Shown here: piece after piece, positions 10,071 to 14,470 of the stretch | How the letters are laid out: each line of letters opens with the position of its first letter | Position numbering within the stretch: the first letter of the stretch is position 1 | Origin: Eledone cirrhosa | Lineage: Eukaryota | Length of the DNA stretch: 14,470 nucleotides | Assembly (NCBI GenBank): GCA_964016885.1 | Contig: CAXHJY010001280.1 | Location: 1 to 14,470 of the forward strand | Direction: 5' to 3' | The notes under the pieces: generated by a model | Told to the model about the DNA's origin: nothing | Database searches by the model: none | The model's input: only the letters and a program-made list of their open reading frames with translations | Position numbers and translations under genes: made by a program

Positions 10071-11975
10071 TATTATTATTATCATTTTACGTCCGTTTTT
10101 CCCTGCTTGCAAGGGTGGGACGGGTCTTATTCAGCACAGCATCTCTCCACTCGTCACGGTCCCTCGTCATCTCCACCGTGAGCTTCAATGATCTGAGGTC
10201 TGTTCTCACCACCTCCGCCCATGTTTTTCGTGGTCTACCTCTACCACGTCTTCCTTCAACTGGCATTTCCTGGCACTTCTTCACCCATCGGTCATCCTCC
10301 ATGCGCATCACATGTCCATACCACCTCAGTCTCCTCTCCCATATACTACATTCTATCCCTCTCAGACACAGTTTCTCTCAACACATTTATGCTGGGTCGT
10401 TTACGCACATTTACACAGCACATCCAACGGAGCATGCTTGCCTCATTTCTCTCCAGCCGTCGCATATCCTCTGCGGTTGCTGCCCATGTCTCACTACCAT
10501 GCAGCATCGCGCTCCTCACACAGGCATCATACAACCGGCCTTTCGTACGCAGGGAGAAACCCTTCTTCGTCAACAGAGGAAGCAGCTCCCTAAACTTCTT
10601 CCAACCCGTCCTTATTCTAGATACTATGGCCTCGGAACACCCTTCTCCCATGCTAATCTGATCTCCTAGGTACCGGAAGCTATCCACCACTTCTATAGCG
10701 CCCTCTCGCATTTGAAAAATGTGTCTATCAGTGCGACTTCTACTGTCTAATTTCCCTGTACATCTACTGCATACATATTTCACCCTACCTGTAGGTTTGC
10801 CTGCTATCCCACTACATCTCTTGTGTACCCAGGACCTGCATTATGTGCATTTTATAGAATTTATGCCAGTTCCTTTTCTGCATATCGAACATGGCCATTT
10901 CCCTGACGGAATCAGGGTTTTGTCCTCTTTTCTACTCATCAACACTTTTGTCTTAGCTAGATTTACTCTGTCCTCTTGCTTCCAACTGCTGTTTCCATAG
11001 CCGGAATTTATTCTCTAGCTCCTCTACTGATTCTGCTATAAGAGCCAGATTGTCAGCATAGAGAAGTTCCCATGGACAGCCAGTCTTAAACTCCTCTGTT
11101 ATGGCTTGGAGGACTATAATGAACAAGAGCGGGCTGAGGACCGAACCCTGATGTACTCCTACTTGTATCTGGAATTCCTCACTAAACTCAATTCCTACCC
11201 TGACTTTACTGAGAGTACCTCTGTTCAAAGTTTGCACTGTCCTCACAAGCCATTCCTCAACACCTAGCTTCCTTAGGGACCACCAGATGACAGATCGGGG
11301 TACCCTATCAAAGGCCTTCTCTAGGTCAACAAAGGCTAAGTATAGTGGCTTATTCTTCTCTCAGAACCCCTCTTGCATTTGTCTCACCAAGAAAAGGGCA
11401 TCTGTTGTACTCTTCCCAGGCACAAAACCAAACTGCATCTCATCTAGTTTGACCCTTTCTCTAATTAGTTGTGCTAAAATCCTTTCTGCCACTTTCATAA
11501 CCTGATCTATCAGTTTTATACCCCTATAATTGCTCCTCTCCAAAGCATCCCCTTTACCTTTGTAGCAATTTATGAGAATACTGCTGCACCAGTCTTTGGG
11601 TATGACACCACCATATATAGCCTGATTGATGATGCGTGCAACCAGTTTAGTGCCTACGTCCCCTGATGCCTTCAGCATCTCAGCAACTATTCCCGATGGT
11701 CCGGCCGCCTTACCATTTTTCATTTCCCTAATCGCCTCTTGGACCCTATATTCGTCAATCTCAATAGCTGGTCCCTCTGTCGGATCTACCAAGGGTAATT
11801 TCTCTCTCTCCCATTCGTTCTCCACATTCATCAGTCTCTCATAATGACATTTCCAGGCCTCCTTTTTCTGGTCATTCGTGACACTAAGTACACCGGCATC
11901 ATCCCGGATACATTTATCTCCAACAACATCCTGATTTGCATTGACACACTGCCTTGCAATGTGGAACACCGCACG
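10071..11975 (-). mobile_element. RTE family B, 5'-truncated decayed copy
   Basis: The minus strand is homologous throughout to the family A protein from VFHIARQC onward, but clearly diverged. It ends ...CGGACGTAAAATGATAATAATAATA, with no 3' UTR. Confidence 0.93.
10087..11975 (-). pseudogene. Disrupted RTE RT ORF with PHD-like finger
   Basis: NYRGIKL, FVDLEKAFD, QGSVLSP, FRYLG. YADD is mutated to YADN (11049-11060). Frameshifts near 11362, 10968 and 10372, and an in-frame TAA at 10841-10843. Confidence 0.92.
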
Positions 11976-14285
11976 TATATATATATTATATATATGTGTA
12001 TATATATTATATATATGTGTATATATATTATATATATGTGTATATATATTATATATATGTGTATATATATTATATATATGTGTATATATATTATATATGT
12101 GTATATATATTATATATGTGTATATATATTATATATATGTGTATATATATTATATATATGTGTATATATATTATATATATGTCTATATATATATGTGTAT
12201 ATATATATATTATATATATATGTGTATATATATATATTATATATATATGTGTATATATATATTATATATATATATATGTGTATATATATATATTATATAT
12301 ATATATATATATGTGTATATATATATATTATATATATATATATATATGTGTATATATATATTATATATATATATATGTGTATATATATATATTATATATA
12401 TATATATATATGTGTGTATATATATATATTATATATATATATATATATGTGTGTATATATATATATTATATATATATATATGTATATATATGTATATATA
12501 TGTGTATATATATATGTATATATATTATATATATGTATATATATTATATATGTGTATATATATTATATATGTGTATATATATTATATATATGTATATATA
12601 TGTGTATGTATATTATATATATGTGTATGTATATTATATATATGTCTATATATATTATATATATGTGTATATATATTATATATATGTGTATATATATTAT
12701 ATATATGTGTATATATATATTATATATATGTGTATATATATTATATATGTGTATATATATTATATATGTGTATATATTATATATATGTGTATTTATATTA
12801 TATATATGTGTATTTATATTATATATGTGTATATATATTATATATATGTGTATATATATTATATATGTGTATATATATTATATATATGTGTATATATATT
12901 ATATATATGTGTATATATATTATATATATGTGTATATATATTATATATATGTGTATATATATTATATATATGTGTATATATATTATATATGTCTATATAT
13001 ATTATATATGTGTATATATATTATATATATACGTGTATATATATATTATATATATATGTGTATATATATATATATTATATATATGTGTATATATATATAT
13101 TATATATATGTGTATATATATATTATATATATATGTGTATATATATATATTATACATATATATGTGTATATATTATATATATATGTGTATATATATATAT
13201 TATACATATATATGTGTATATATATTATATATATGTGTATATATATATTATACATATATATATGTATATATATTATATATATGTGTATATATATTATATA
13301 TATGTGTATATATATTATATATATGTGAATATATATTATATATATGTGAATATATATTATATATATGTGAATATATATTATATATATATGTGTATATATA
13401 TTATATATATATGTGTATATATATTATATATATATGTGTATATATATTATATATATATATATATGTGTATATATATATATATATATGTGAATATATATTA
13501 TATATATATGTGTATATATATTATATATATATGTGTATATATATATATATATATGTGAATATATATTATATATATATGTGTATATATATTATATATATAT
13601 GTGTATATATATTATATATATATGTGTATATATATTATATATATATGTGTATATATATTACATATATATATGTGTATATATATATTACATATATATATGT
13701 GTAATATATTATATATATGTGTAATATATTATATATATATGTGTATATATTATATATATGTGTATATATTATATATATGTGTATATATTATATATACGTG
13801 TATATATATTATATATATGTATATATATTATATATATATGTATATATTATATATATATGTGTATATATATTATATATATGTATATATATTATATATATGT
13901 ATATATATTATATATATGTATATATATTATATATATGTATATATATTATATATATGTATATATATTATATATATGTATATATATTATATATATGTATATA
14001 TATTATATACGTGTATATATATTATATACGTGTATATATATTATATATGTGTATATATATTATATGTGTATATATATATATATTATATATATATATAATA
14101 TATATACTATATATATAATATATATACACGTATATATAATATATATACACATATATATAATATATACACATATATATAATATATACACATATATATATAA
14201 TATATATACACATATATATAATATATTACACATATATATATATAAATATATATATGTATAATATATATATATATATATAATATAT

Positions 14286-14318
<33 letters not shown>

Positions 14319-14321
14319 ATA

Positions 14322-14361
<40 letters not shown>

Positions 14362-14376
14362 TATATATTATATATA

Positions 14377-14433
<57 letters not shown>

Positions 14434-14470
14434 ATATATAATATATATATTATATATATATATATTATAT
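11976..14470. repeat. Large compound TA minisatellite array (21/19-bp units and variants), running off the window edge
   Basis: It starts with the same 21-bp unit as 9250-10070. Clustered variants GTCTAT, TTTAT, TACAT, GTGAAT, GTGTAAT and TACGTG. Strand polarity flips at ~14100, and the sequence is pure A/T after ~14260. Confidence 0.95.
13691..14238. repeat. Inverted repeat: arms 13691-13816 and 14111-14238, ~295-bp spacer
   Basis: Six consecutive minisatellite units match in reverse-complement order, including the rare GTGTAATA and TACGTG variants. Only a 1-nt and a 2-nt indel differ. Confidence 0.8.

Noticed and set aside
9197-14261. Further Y/I-rich ORFs, some fused to antisense RTE sequence
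   Set aside because: Same microsatellite artefact.

Overview
Eukaryotic, gene-free window. It holds about 6.5 kb of (TA)n-derived micro/minisatellite arrays with five retroelement insertions. These are: (1) an RTE-clade LINE (family A) with an intact ORF running in from the left edge (APE endonuclease, RT, PHD-like finger, (GAT)n tail; 1-2948); (2) a 5'-truncated Penelope-like element (RT + GIY-YIG, probably Naiad-type) with a hammerhead-ribozyme core in its 3' region (2988-5420); (3) a ~65 bp tail-only fragment of a second RTE family B (6850-6917); (4) a near-identical 5'-truncated copy of family A (8206-9249); (5) a decayed family B copy on the minus strand (10071-11975). The most notable signals are a C4HC3 PHD finger inserted inside the RT of both RTE families and a structured, pseudoknot-like module in family A lying between the ORF end and a duplicated 3' terminus. 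Others are a covarying 3' stem-loop shared by both RTE families, 23-bp duplications at two 5' junctions, and an inverted duplication hidden in the last satellite array. The long Y/I/M/C/V ORFs are artefacts of the TA repeats. From memory the RTE tails resemble cephalopod (octopus) repeats, but that host call is unverified.
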